A stretch of DNA of 64,000 bases from NCBI GenBank assembly GCA_021821885.1, contig JAKARO010000002.1, positions 79,548 to 143,547 on the forward strand, written 5' to 3'. Numbering within the stretch: position 1 is the first letter of the stretch; the number at the start of each line of letters is the position of its first letter. Made by a program: the position numbers and the translations under genes. Below are positions 39,411 through 48,408 of this stretch, piece after piece. The notes under the pieces are model-generated. The model was not told where the DNA came from. It saw nothing but the letters and a program-made list of their open reading frames with translations, and did no database searches. Origin of the DNA: Pseudomonadota bacterium (lineage in GTDB: Bacteria > Pseudomonadota > Gammaproteobacteria > Acidithiobacillales > Acidithiobacillaceae).

Positions 39411-41755
39411 AAAAACGCAGCCAACCGACCCGTACCATCCGTGTGCTCGCTGCTGGAGCAGCCATTCTTGGAAGTGCCTGGAGCCTGTCGGCCTTGGGGT
39501 TTGCCCCCTTTACGGTCAGGAATATTCAAATCCGTGGCCTGCAGCATATCGCCCCCGGGACGGTCTACAACTATCTTCCGCTCCATATCGGCGAACAGGT
39601 GGATGAGAGTCTGGCCCAGAAAGCGGTCCGCAAGCTTTATTCGACAGGGTTTTTCCGGAATGTCAGTATCGCCCGTTCCGGACACCAGCTACTGGTAATC
39701 GTGGAGGAGCGCCCGATCATCGCGGCGATCCAGACCCAGGGCCTGAAGGCCTTTTCCAAAAGTGACATCAAGGGATCGTTCAAGACGCTGGGCCTGGAAG
39801 TCCGTCACATTTTCAACCGTGCCACCCTGGACCAGGCCATTGAGGGGCTCCGGCAGCAATATGACGGCATGGGGTACTACAATGCCAACATTCACACCCG
39901 GGTGGAGAAGCTGCCCCGCAACCGGGTGGCAATTTACATCCGGGTTGACCAGGGCCAGCAGGCTACCATCCGGCAGCTGACCATTGTCGGCAACCATGCC
40001 TTCAGCGAAGGCCGTCTTCGCAGCCTGTTTTCCCTGGGTGCGCCGAACGCGTTTTCCTTCCTGAGCGATAACGACCGCTACTCCCGGGGAAAGTTTCTCC
40101 GCGGACTGGAAAAACTCAACAGTTTCTACCTGGACCGGGGATACCTCAATTTCGCGGTGGAATCGTCCCAGGTCCAGGTCAGTCCCGACCGCCGTCATAT
40201 CTATCTGACGGTCAACGTTCACGAGGGACCGGTGTACCACATCAGCCAGGTCTCCCTGAGTGGCCGTTTGGTTCTGCCCAGGCAAAAACTGAAAAAGCTC
40301 GTTACGGTCCATCCGGGGCAGCGTTTCTCGAAGGCGCGGATCGAGGCCAGCAACCGGGCCATAGCCGGGCAGCTGGGCGACCTCGGGTATGCGTTTGCCA
40401 ATACGACACCGGTGCCAACGGTGGATGCGAAAAAGCGCCTGGTGGCCCTGAACTTCCAGGTCGACCCCGGTCACCGCGTGTATATCAGGCGCATTGAAAT
40501 TTCTGGCAACAACAAGAGCCGGGACTATGTGGTACGCCGCCAGTTCCGGCAGATGGAAGGGGGACTCTACAACCGGCAGCTGATCGACCGTTCCAAGCTC
40601 CGTCTCCAGCAGACCGGATTTTTCCAGAAAGTGGATACGAAGACGGTCCCGGTCCCTGGCCATCCAGACCAGCTGGACCTCGACGTCAAGGTGCACGAGC
40701 GTCCCACGGGCAGCTTCAGTATTGGTGTGGGGTATTCCAACGCCGAAGGCGTCCTTTTCAATGGTTCCATCAGCCAGAACAACTTCATGGGGACGGGTAA
40801 CGCACTGTCCTTTTCCGCCAACGTGGGGGGGCTCGGGAGCGCGTTCAACCTGTCCTATACGAATCCCTACATCACACCGGACGGTATCAGTCTGGGTTTC
40901 AACATCTACCGGAACGATACCAATCTGTCCACCCTCGCGGTTGCGCCCTACCAGGAAATCGACTACGGCGCGACCTCTACCCTGGGCATCCCGGTTGCCG
41001 AACACCTCTACGACTATTTTTCTCTTGGTTACAGCCATACCACCATCAACCTGCAGCCCGGTACCAACATTCCCCTGTATCTGGACTACATCAACACGTT
41101 TGGCAATTCCACAAATTCGGTGACTGTGGGCAACAGCCTCGTGTACAACAGTACCAACTCTCCCATTTTCCCGACCAGCGGGGTGTACGGACGGCTGTCC
41201 GTCCGGGCGGCGGTGCCACCAGGCGGACTGCGCTGGTACAAGGCGCAGCTGCGGGCCCACTACTACCACCCGTTCACGTCCTGGCTTACGGGCGGTCTGG
41301 GGCTGCGCTACGGGTTCATCAACAGCTATACGTCCAAACCCGTTCCGTTCTTTGACAATTACTATCTTGGGGGTCCGAGAAGCCTGCCAGGTTACCAGAC
41401 CTATGCCCTGGGCCCGCAGATTGACGGATATCCGGTGGGGGGAACCCGGGAACTGCTAATGGACGCGAACCTGTACTTTCCGCTTCCAGGCCTTGAGGAT
41501 AGCCCCAATTTCCGGATGTCCGTTTTTGTTGCCAGCGGCTGGGTTTATGGCGTCAACCCGTCTGGCACCAGTGGCGGCTATCTCTACTCCAGTAGCTATC
41601 TACCAAATCTGGGCAGCCTGCGGACGACGGCGGGGATCGGCCTGCTGTGGATCAGCCCCATGGGCCCGCTACGCCTGTCCCTTGCGGTTCCCCTCAACAA
41701 GCAGCCAGGTGATCTGACCCAGCCGCTGCAGTTTACCGTGGGCAATGCGTTCTGA
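39407..41755 (+). CDS. bamA: outer membrane protein assembly factor BamA
   Basis: ORF 39284..41755 trimmed to GTG 39407 (GTGA overlap with rseP; a signal-like N-terminus follows). POTRA repeats and a C-terminal beta-barrel ending ...FTVGNAF. Confidence 0.93.
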   Translation: MKKRSQPTRTIRVLAAGAAILGSAWSLSALGFAPFTVRNIQIRGLQHIAPGTVYNYLPLHIGEQVDESLAQKAVRKLYSTGFFRNVSIARSGHQLLVIVEERPIIAAIQTQGLKAFSKSDIKGSFKTLGLEVRHIFNRATLDQAIEGLRQQYDGMGYYNANIHTRVEKLPRNRVAIYIRVDQGQQATIRQLTIVGNHAFSEGRLRSLFSLGAPNAFSFLSDNDRYSRGKFLRGLEKLNSFYLDRGYLNFAVESSQVQVSPDRRHIYLTVNVHEGPVYHISQVSLSGRLVLPRQKLKKLVTVHPGQRFSKARIEASNRAIAGQLGDLGYAFANTTPVPTVDAKKRLVALNFQVDPGHRVYIRRIEISGNNKSRDYVVRRQFRQMEGGLYNRQLIDRSKLRLQQTGFFQKVDTKTVPVPGHPDQLDLDVKVHERPTGSFSIGVGYSNAEGVLFNGSISQNNFMGTGNALSFSANVGGLGSAFNLSYTNPYITPDGISLGFNIYRNDTNLSTLAVAPYQEIDYGATSTLGIPVAEHLYDYFSLGYSHTTINLQPGTNIPLYLDYINTFGNSTNSVTVGNSLVYNSTNSPIFPTSGVYGRLSVRAAVPPGGLRWYKAQLRAHYYHPFTSWLTGGLGLRYGFINSYTSKPVPFFDNYYLGGPRSLPGYQTYALGPQIDGYPVGGTRELLMDANLYFPLPGLEDSPNFRMSVFVASGWVYGVNPSGTSGGYLYSSSYLPNLGSLRTTAGIGLLWISPMGPLRLSLAVPLNKQPGDLTQPLQFTVGNAF

Positions 41756-42303
41756 TGGTCCAGAGATGTTCCGTGCTCCGCGCCTTCGGGATGATGCTGG
41801 GTTTCCTTCTGTTCCAGACCGCAGTTCCCGCTGCGGCCGCCCCCATGAAAATCGGATTTGTAAATCTCGACCAGGCATTGCGTGAACTGCCGGAGGCCCG
41901 CGCCGGGGCGGTGAGTCTCAACCGGCTGGTCGAACAGAAACAGAAACAGATTGACGGATTGAGGCAGGGGATTGTGGCGTACCAGAAGAACCTGGAAAAG
42001 GGTCTCCCGGTCCTGAACAATGCCCAGCGTCAGGCCCGTGAGGCGCATCTGCAGGCCATGGTCATGCACCTGCAGAAAGAGCAGCAGCAGGCCCAGGACG
42101 AAATCAATGTGGAGCGCAACCACATCCTGGAAAATATCCAGAACCAGCTCGTGCAGGTCGTTAGCCGGATTGGCCGGGATGGAAAATATACGCTGATTCT
42201 CAACGACAAGTCCGTTCTGTATGTGAACGGGGCCATCGATCTGACCCAGCAGGTGGTCTCGGCCATGGAACGGCACCAGGGCAGGACAGCAGGAGGCAGA
42301 TGA
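41755..42303 (+). CDS. skp: periplasmic chaperone Skp (OmpH family)
   Basis: Signal peptide plus a Q/E/K-rich coiled coil. Conserved position between bamA and lpxD. Confidence 0.85.
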   Translation: MVQRCSVLRAFGMMLGFLLFQTAVPAAAAPMKIGFVNLDQALRELPEARAGAVSLNRLVEQKQKQIDGLRQGIVAYQKNLEKGLPVLNNAQRQAREAHLQAMVMHLQKEQQQAQDEINVERNHILENIQNQLVQVVSRIGRDGKYTLILNDKSVLYVNGAIDLTQQVVSAMERHQGRTAGGR

Positions 42304-42307
42304 GCTT

Positions 42308-43375
42308 ATGGTCCATCCCGAACCTATTCCTGTCCGCCTGGACAGGCTCGCTGAACTCCTCGGGCTTGAACTCCGGGGGGATCCTTCGATAGCCATTTCC
42401 GGAATTGCTCCCCTTGAACGGGCGGAATCCTGCCATCTTGCCTTTTTTCAGGACCACCGCCTGGCTGGTCTCCTGTCCGGTACTGCCGCCGGGGCTGTCA
42501 TCCTGCCGGAGGAAGCAGCCAGTACCTTTCCTGGAAACCGCCTGGTCAGTGCCCATCCCTATGCCAGTTTTGCCCGTGCCATGCAGCTGTTCCATCCCCT
42601 GGAAATCCCCGATGGTGGATACCGGTCTCCCCAGGCCGAGATTGCCCAGGATGCCGAAATTGATCCCGGGGCCCGTATTGAGGCCTTTGTCCGGGTGGAC
42701 TCGGGCGCCAGAATCGGCGCCGGAGTCTGGCTGGAATCGGGTACGGTGATCGGACGTAACGTCTCTATTGGCAGCGGCAGCCATCTCTACCCTGGCGTAA
42801 AGGTCTATGCCCGCAGCTGCATCGGCCACAACTGCATCGTCCACGCCAACGCGGTGATCGGTTCCGATGGCTTCGGGTTCGCTCCCGAAGCCGGCGGCTA
42901 CGTCAAGATTCCCCATGCCGGCCGCACGGTCCTGGCTGATGATGTCGAAATTGGTGCCAATACCTGCATTGACCGGGGAGTCCTGGACGACACGGTTATT
43001 GGTGAAGGCGTCAAGATCGACAATCTGGTCCAGGTCGGCCATAACGTCCATATTGGCCCCCATACCGTAATTGCCGGCCAGACAGGAATTGCTGGCAGCA
43101 CCTGGATCGGCGCGAACTGCCGGATTGGTGGCCAGGTAGGTTTTGCGGGGCACCTGCGGATCCCGGACGGTACCGTGATTGCCGGCCAGAGCGCCATTAC
43201 CCACGATCTCCGCCAGCCTGGCGTCTATTCCGGAGTCATACCAGCCCAGGAGGCGCGGAAATGGCGGCGGATGGTCGCGCGGCTGAATGGTCTCGACCGC
43301 CTCGCACAGCGGCTGCAGCGCTGCGAAAACCTGGCCCAATTCCCCCCCCCGGCAGACGAGGAGTCGAAAAACTGA
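42308..43375 (+). CDS. lpxD: UDP-3-O-acyl-(glucosamine or GlcN3N) N-acyltransferase
   Basis: 355 aa with left-handed beta-helix hexapeptide repeats: ...GSDGFGF...G..KIP..G.V...[12 protein letters not shown]...DT.IG.G.KIDNLVQ..HNV.IG. Confidence 0.95.
   Translation: MVHPEPIPVRLDRLAELLGLELRGDPSIAISGIAPLERAESCHLAFFQDHRLAGLLSGTAAGAVILPEEAASTFPGNRLVSAHPYASFARAMQLFHPLEIPDGGYRSPQAEIAQDAEIDPGARIEAFVRVDSGARIGAGVWLESGTVIGRNVSIGSGSHLYPGVKVYARSCIGHNCIVHANAVIGSDGFGFAPEAGGYVKIPHAGRTVLADDVEIGANTCIDRGVLDDTVIGEGVKIDNLVQVGHNVHIGPHTVIAGQTGIAGSTWIGANCRIGGQVGFAGHLRIPDGTVIAGQSAITHDLRQPGVYSGVIPAQEARKWRRMVARLNGLDRLAQRLQRCENLAQFPPPADEESKN
43342..43350 (+). repeat. C9 homopolymer in the last codons of lpxD (in frame, encodes FPPP)
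   Basis: Direct count: aat-t-ccccccccc-ggc. It lies 25 nt upstream of the fabZ ATG. Confidence 0.95.
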
Positions 43376-43821
43376 TGGAAGGTTTTGACATACACGAAAT
43401 TCTCAGACGGCTGCCCCACCGCTACCCTTTTCTGCTGGTGGACCGGATTCTGGAGCTTGAGCCCGGTCGAAGCCTCCAGGCGGTCAAGAATGTCACCATG
43501 AATGAACCCCATTTCCAGGGCCATTTTCCCGGGTTTCCGGTGATGCCTGGCGTGCTGATTGTCGAATCGCTCGCCCAGGCCGCTGCCATCCTCGCATTTG
43601 TCTCCGAGGACAAGTATGGCGAGAATGCCGCCGTCTATTTTGCCGGTATTGACAAGGCCCGGTTCCGCAAGCCTGTGGTCCCGGGAGACCGTCTGCTGCT
43701 TGTCGCGCAGGTCGCCCGAAGGAAATCCGGGATGTGGCAGATGGAAACCGTTGCCACGGTGGACGGTATCGAGGTTGCCTCGGCCCTCCTGATGGCGACG
43801 CTGCGGGAGCGTGATGCATGA
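43375..43821 (+). CDS. fabZ: 3-hydroxyacyl-ACP dehydratase FabZ
   Basis: ORF frame 43261.. trimmed to ATG 43375 (TGATG overlap with lpxD). LPHRYPFLLVDRI...NEP.F.GHFP..PVMPGVL..E..AQ. Confidence 0.96.
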   Translation: MEGFDIHEILRRLPHRYPFLLVDRILELEPGRSLQAVKNVTMNEPHFQGHFPGFPVMPGVLIVESLAQAAAILAFVSEDKYGENAAVYFAGIDKARFRKPVVPGDRLLLVAQVARRKSGMWQMETVATVDGIEVASALLMATLRERDA

Positions 43822-44600
43822 GCACCACGATTGACCCCCGGGCTGCGGTAGAGGAGGGGGCACAGATCGGCGCCGGCTGCATTATCGGACCTTTCGCCGT
43901 CATCGGGGCAGATGTGGTTCTCGGTCCGGGCTGTGAGGTGGGGGCCCATGCCGTGGTCCAGGGACCCTGCCAAATGGGAGAGGCGAACCGCATCTTTCCC
44001 TTCGCCTCCCTTGGCACGGCCCCGCAGGACCTTGGCTACCGAGGGGAATCCACGGAACTCCGGATTGGCAGCCACAACACCTTTCGCGAATTTGTTACGA
44101 TCAACCGGGGAACCGCCAAGGGGGGTGGTGTTACCCGCATCGGTGATCACAACCTTTTCATGGCCTACTGCCATGTGGCCCACGACTGCCAGATCGGCAG
44201 CCGGGTCGTAATGGCCAACGCTGCTACCCTGGCCGGGCATGTGGCAGTAGAGGACGATGCCATTCTCGGTGGCCTGTCCGCAGTCCACCAGTTTGCCCGT
44301 GTAGGGACCCATGCGATTCTCGGCGGGGGCACCATGGCCCCCCTGGATGTGCCGCCCTACATGATGGCTGCCGGAAACCATGCGAACCTGCACGGTATCA
44401 ATGTCCGTGGTCTGGCCAGGCGTGGTTTTTCCCGGGATACCATCACCCAGATCAAGCGGACCTACCGGCTGCTGTTCCGCTCTGGACTGCGGCTGGAGGA
44501 AGCCATGGAGGAAGTAGCCCGGCGGGGGTGGAATACTCCGGAAGTGGAGCGCCTGCTGTCCTTCATCCGTGCCAGCCGGAGAGGGATCACGCGGCCATGA
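43818..44600 (+). CDS. lpxA: acyl-ACP:UDP-GlcNAc (or UDP-GlcNAc3N) O/N-acyltransferase
   Basis: 260 aa: IDPRA.V..GA.IG....IGPF..IG....LG......H.V..G...G..N.I..FAS.G..PQDL.Y.GE...L.IG..N..RE..T..RGT. Confidence 0.95.
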   Translation: MSTTIDPRAAVEEGAQIGAGCIIGPFAVIGADVVLGPGCEVGAHAVVQGPCQMGEANRIFPFASLGTAPQDLGYRGESTELRIGSHNTFREFVTINRGTAKGGGVTRIGDHNLFMAYCHVAHDCQIGSRVVMANAATLAGHVAVEDDAILGGLSAVHQFARVGTHAILGGGTMAPLDVPPYMMAAGNHANLHGINVRGLARRGFSRDTITQIKRTYRLLFRSGLRLEEAMEEVARRGWNTPEVERLLSFIRASRRGITRP

Positions 44601-45541
44601 GGAATTTGCGCACAGGCGTGATTGGTGCCGGACACCTGGGCCGGTTTCACGCCCAAAAATACGCCGGCTGCTCGGACTTCCAGGGGCTCTATGATACCGA
44701 TGCTACCAGGGCCCGGGAAGTGGCGGCCGAGCTTGGCTGCCGGGTATTTCCATCTCCGCAGGCGCTGCTGTCTGAAGTGGATGCCATTTCGGTAGTCACA
44801 CCGACATCCACCCATTACGGGGTGACGCGGGAAGCCCTGGAGTGCCAGGTCCACTGTCTGGTGGAAAAACCTTTTACCCTGGATCTCCAGGAGGCGGATG
44901 CACTGATCCGGCTGGCCCATGACCAGGGATGCGTGCTGGCGGTTGGCCACATCGAGCGCGCACAGCCGGTCATGCGGTACCTTCGTACCCAGGAATTCGG
45001 CCCGCCCCGCTATCTGGAGGGCGAGCGTCTGGCCCCTTTCAAGCCCCGTTCCCTGGATGTGGACGTGATCATGGATCTCATGATCCACGATCTGGATCTG
45101 GTGATGATGCTGGCCGGATGCCGGCCCCGTGATATCCGGGCCGTCGGGGTTGCGGCGGTGACGGCGCAGGCGGATATGGCCAATGCCTGGATCACCCTCG
45201 AAAACGGTAGTGTGGCCAATCTGGCCGTGTCCCGCGCCGTCCGGGAACCGGTGCGGCGCATGCGCCTGTTCTGGGAGGACCGGTATGCCTCGGTGGATTT
45301 TCTGCAGAACCGGCTGACCTTTTACCGGCGTGGTCCGGGAGCGGTGCCGGGTATTCCAGGTGTGGTCGGAGATGTGGTGGACCTGCCCCGTACAGATGCC
45401 CTGGAAGAGGAGATTCGCGCCTTTCTGGCCGCAGTCCGGGGGGAGGGGGAGGTTCTGTGCGATGCGTCCGCCGGCCGGGAAGCGCTTGCCGCCGCCCTGG
45501 ACGTACGCCGTGCGGTTGACTCCTTTCTCTGTCCAGCCTGA
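44597..45541 (+). CDS. gnnA: Gfo/Idh/MocA-family oxidoreductase; by position the UDP-GlcNAc 3-dehydrogenase GnnA
   Basis: ATG 44597 (ATGA overlap with lpxA). Rossmann N-terminus VIGAGHLGRFHA and EKPF motif. Sits between lpxA and lpxB together with a DegT-type aminotransferase, the arrangement described for A. ferrooxidans gnnA/gnnB. Confidence 0.78.
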   Translation: MRNLRTGVIGAGHLGRFHAQKYAGCSDFQGLYDTDATRAREVAAELGCRVFPSPQALLSEVDAISVVTPTSTHYGVTREALECQVHCLVEKPFTLDLQEADALIRLAHDQGCVLAVGHIERAQPVMRYLRTQEFGPPRYLEGERLAPFKPRSLDVDVIMDLMIHDLDLVMMLAGCRPRDIRAVGVAAVTAQADMANAWITLENGSVANLAVSRAVREPVRRMRLFWEDRYASVDFLQNRLTFYRRGPGAVPGIPGVVGDVVDLPRTDALEEEIRAFLAAVRGEGEVLCDASAGREALAAALDVRRAVDSFLCPA

Positions 45542-45570
45542 ACCCTAGCTTCCTCCGGGAGGAAAATTCC

Positions 45571-46683
45571 ATGATGTTGTCGCCTTCACCCATCCCCATG
45601 GTGGATCTCCGCAGCCATTTTGCCCCCCTCCGCGAGTCAATTCTGGAAGGGATCGGCCAGATTCTCGACCAGGCGAGTTTTATTCTGGGCGAACACGGGA
45701 GGGCCCTGGAAAACGGGATTGCCTCCCTGTCCGGTACCCGGCATGGTATCGGCTGCGCCTCCGGAACCGACGCGCTGATGCTGGCCCTGCGGGCCCTCGA
45801 AATCGGTCCTGGAGACGAAGTCATCGTGCCCTCCTTTACGTTTATCGCCACGGCAGAGGCCGTGCGGTATGTGGGAGCCACACCGGTGTTCGTCGATGTG
45901 GACCCCGAGTACTATACCCTGGCGCCCGAGGGGGTAGAGGCAGCCATTACCTCCAGGACCCGGGCCGTCATTCCGGTCCACCTCTACGGCCTTGCCGCCC
46001 CTATGGACGCCCTGATGGCCCTTGCGCAGGAAAAAGGGCTTCTGGTGGTGGAAGACTGTGCCCAGGCCATCGGCGCCACCATCGGGGATCGTCCGGTGGG
46101 CAGTTTCGGGCATCTGGGCTGTTTTTCCTTCTTCCCCAGCAAAAACCTGGGTGGAGCCGGAGATGGGGGTATGGTCGTCACCAGTGACGGAGACCTGGCA
46201 GAAAGGCTGCGTGGGCTCCGCAATCACGGATCCTGGCAGACCTACCACCATGACGTGCTGGGCTACAACAGCCGGCTGGATGAAATCCAGGCCCTGATTC
46301 TGCTGCGGCTGCTGCCCCAGATCCAGGACTATACGGCCGGACGCCAGCGGGCTGCCGCCCTGTACGATGCCGCCCTAAGAGATCTGGATCTGGTCCTCCC
46401 GCCCCGGCGGGTGGGATACGGCCATGTTTTCCACCAGTATACTCTGCAGATCCGGGACCGTGACCGGCTACGCGGGGCCCTGCAGGCTGCTGGAATTGCC
46501 AGCGCCATTTACTATCCCATCCCGGGCCACCGCCAGCGCGCCTTTGCAGACCTGCCCCCGGCCACCTGTCCGGTGTCGGACTGCCTGAGCACAACCGTGC
46601 TTTCCCTGCCCATGTTCCCGGAGCTCCAGGAGGAGCAGGTTGGGCGTATCGCCAGTGTTCTCCGGCAGCATCTGGCGTCCTGA
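45571..46683 (+). CDS. gnnB: DegT/DnrJ/EryC1-family PLP aminotransferase; by position the UDP-3-keto-GlcNAc transaminase GnnB
   Basis: ...G.ASGTDAL.LALRAL.IGPGDEVIVPSFTF.ATAEA....GA.PVFVD.......FSFFPSKNLG..GDGG....... The catalytic Lys lies in SKNLG. Context as for gnnA. Confidence 0.78.
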   Translation: MMLSPSPIPMVDLRSHFAPLRESILEGIGQILDQASFILGEHGRALENGIASLSGTRHGIGCASGTDALMLALRALEIGPGDEVIVPSFTFIATAEAVRYVGATPVFVDVDPEYYTLAPEGVEAAITSRTRAVIPVHLYGLAAPMDALMALAQEKGLLVVEDCAQAIGATIGDRPVGSFGHLGCFSFFPSKNLGGAGDGGMVVTSDGDLAERLRGLRNHGSWQTYHHDVLGYNSRLDEIQALILLRLLPQIQDYTAGRQRAAALYDAALRDLDLVLPPRRVGYGHVFHQYTLQIRDRDRLRGALQAAGIASAIYYPIPGHRQRAFADLPPATCPVSDCLSTTVLSLPMFPELQEEQVGRIASVLRQHLAS

Positions 46684-47831
46684 TGGCTGTCCCCCGGGTG
46701 TTTCTTGTGGCTGTGGAACGTTCGGGGGAGACCCTTGGCATCGATATCCTTGAGCGCTGCGCACGTGCTGGTATCGCGGCGCATTGGAGCGGTGTGGTTG
46801 GGCCGCGTCTTGCCGCTGCCGGGGTGGAAGGGGTAGCCGATGGCGAGATGCTGGCGGTTATGGGCCTGGTAGAGGTTCTGCGGCATTATGGCGCCCTGCG
46901 GCGGCTCTACCGCCAGGTGGTCCGCTATCTGCGCGAGGAACGTCCGGATGCCGTGGTACTGGTCGACCATCCCGCCTTCAATCTGCGGGTGGCCCGGGAG
47001 GCCCGAAAGCTCGGAATCCGGGTGCTGTATGTCGTGGGTCCACAGATCTGGGCCTGGAGGCAGCACCGGATCCACAGGATCCGGGAAGTGGTGGACCGGA
47101 TGTTCCTGCTCTTTCCATTTGAGCGTCCCATGTATGCCGAGGCCGGGATACCGGCCCAGGTGCTGCCGCATCCACTCCTCGCGGCCACCGCTTCGGCCCC
47201 TGGCCGGGAAGCCGCACGGCAGGCACTGGGACTGCCGGCTGCGGGTCCGGTGCTAGCCCTCCTTCCTGGCAGCCGGCGTAGCGAGATTGCCCGGCTGGCC
47301 AGACCCATGGCCGAAGCGTCCATCCGGCTGCGCCAGCGCCACCCGGACCTGTGCAGTGTGGTGGCCCTGGCCCGGCAAGAACTGGCGGATCTGTGGGTGG
47401 AGCGGGCCGGGCCCGCAGGTGCGGAAATCCTGCAGGTCGCCGGGCGCAGCACGGATGTGCTGGCCGCCGCGAACCTTGTCGTAGTTGCTTCGGGGACTGC
47501 CACACTGGAAACCGCTCTCATGGTCCGGCCAGCCGTGGTAGTCTATGCCATGCAGGCCCTGACCTACCGCGTCGCGCGCTGGCTGGTCCGGGTTCCTTTT
47601 GTGGCTCTTCCGAACCTGCTCCTGGGCCGGCGCATCTACCCGGAACTGCTCCAGGAGGAGGTTGACCCGGACCGGATCGCCGGGCTGCTGGAGGGCATGC
47701 TTGAGGAGGGTGGTGGCAATTCCCAGGTGGAGGCATTGCGTTCCCTCCGGGTCCTGCTCCAGGGCGACACGGAGGAAGCCGTTGCCCGGGGCCTGCGGCA
47801 GACCCTTCTGGGAGAGCCGGCCGGTGCTTGA
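46683..47831 (+). CDS. lpxB: lipid-A-disaccharide synthase
   Basis: ...GE.SG...G..L.........G..G..M...G.........MG..EVL.......R.........PD....VD.P.FNLR.A.......I....YV.PQ.WAWR..R....LPGSR.SE.....ASGTATLE. Confidence 0.93.
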   Translation: MAVPRVFLVAVERSGETLGIDILERCARAGIAAHWSGVVGPRLAAAGVEGVADGEMLAVMGLVEVLRHYGALRRLYRQVVRYLREERPDAVVLVDHPAFNLRVAREARKLGIRVLYVVGPQIWAWRQHRIHRIREVVDRMFLLFPFERPMYAEAGIPAQVLPHPLLAATASAPGREAARQALGLPAAGPVLALLPGSRRSEIARLARPMAEASIRLRQRHPDLCSVVALARQELADLWVERAGPAGAEILQVAGRSTDVLAAANLVVVASGTATLETALMVRPAVVVYAMQALTYRVARWLVRVPFVALPNLLLGRRIYPELLQEEVDPDRIAGLLEGMLEEGGGNSQVEALRSLRVLLQGDTEEAVARGLRQTLLGEPAGA

Positions 47832-48408
47832 GCATCTGGGCCCGGAGGTGGCGGGCATGGATGAGGCGGGGAGGGGGCCACTGGCCGGTCCAGTAACCGT
47901 CGCAGCCGTGGTCCTGGCGCGGCCGCTGCCAGGTCTTGGGGACTCGAAAAAGCTCGCACCCGCACGGCGGGAAACTCTGGCCCGGCAGATCCGGGAGGAG
48001 GCACTGGCCTGGGCCGTCGCCACGGCGGGAACCTGGGAGATTGCGCACTACAATATTCTTCAGGCCACCCTGCGGGCCATGGATCGTGCACTCGCATGCC
48101 TGCCCTGCCGTCCGGCCAGGGTGCTGGTGGATGGCAACCGGGTGCTGCCCCACTGGGGGGCCGAGCCGGTCATCGGGGGGGATGCCACCATTGACGCCAT
48201 CGCTGCCGCCAGCATTCTGGCCAAAGTATCGAGAGACCGGGAAATGCGGTTGCTGGACCGGCACTATCCATTTTACGGGTTTGCCATGCATTGTGGCTAC
48301 CCGACGGCCCGCCATGTCGAGGCGCTGGGGCGTTTTGGGCCTACACCTTTCCACCGGATGGATTTTGGCCCGGTCGCACGGATAGGGAGAAAGGACCATG
48401 GAACCTAG
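47824..48408 (+). CDS. rnhB: ribonuclease HII
   Basis: ORF frame 47599.. trimmed to GTG 47824; GTG 47848 and ATG 47857 are alternatives. AGMDEAGRGPLAGPV..AAV.L......DSKKL....R..L...I...A......ASI.AKV.RD......YP.YGF..H.GY.T..H. Confidence 0.9.
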   Translation: MLEHLGPEVAGMDEAGRGPLAGPVTVAAVVLARPLPGLGDSKKLAPARRETLARQIREEALAWAVATAGTWEIAHYNILQATLRAMDRALACLPCRPARVLVDGNRVLPHWGAEPVIGGDATIDAIAAASILAKVSRDREMRLLDRHYPFYGFAMHCGYPTARHVEALGRFGPTPFHRMDFGPVARIGRKDHGT

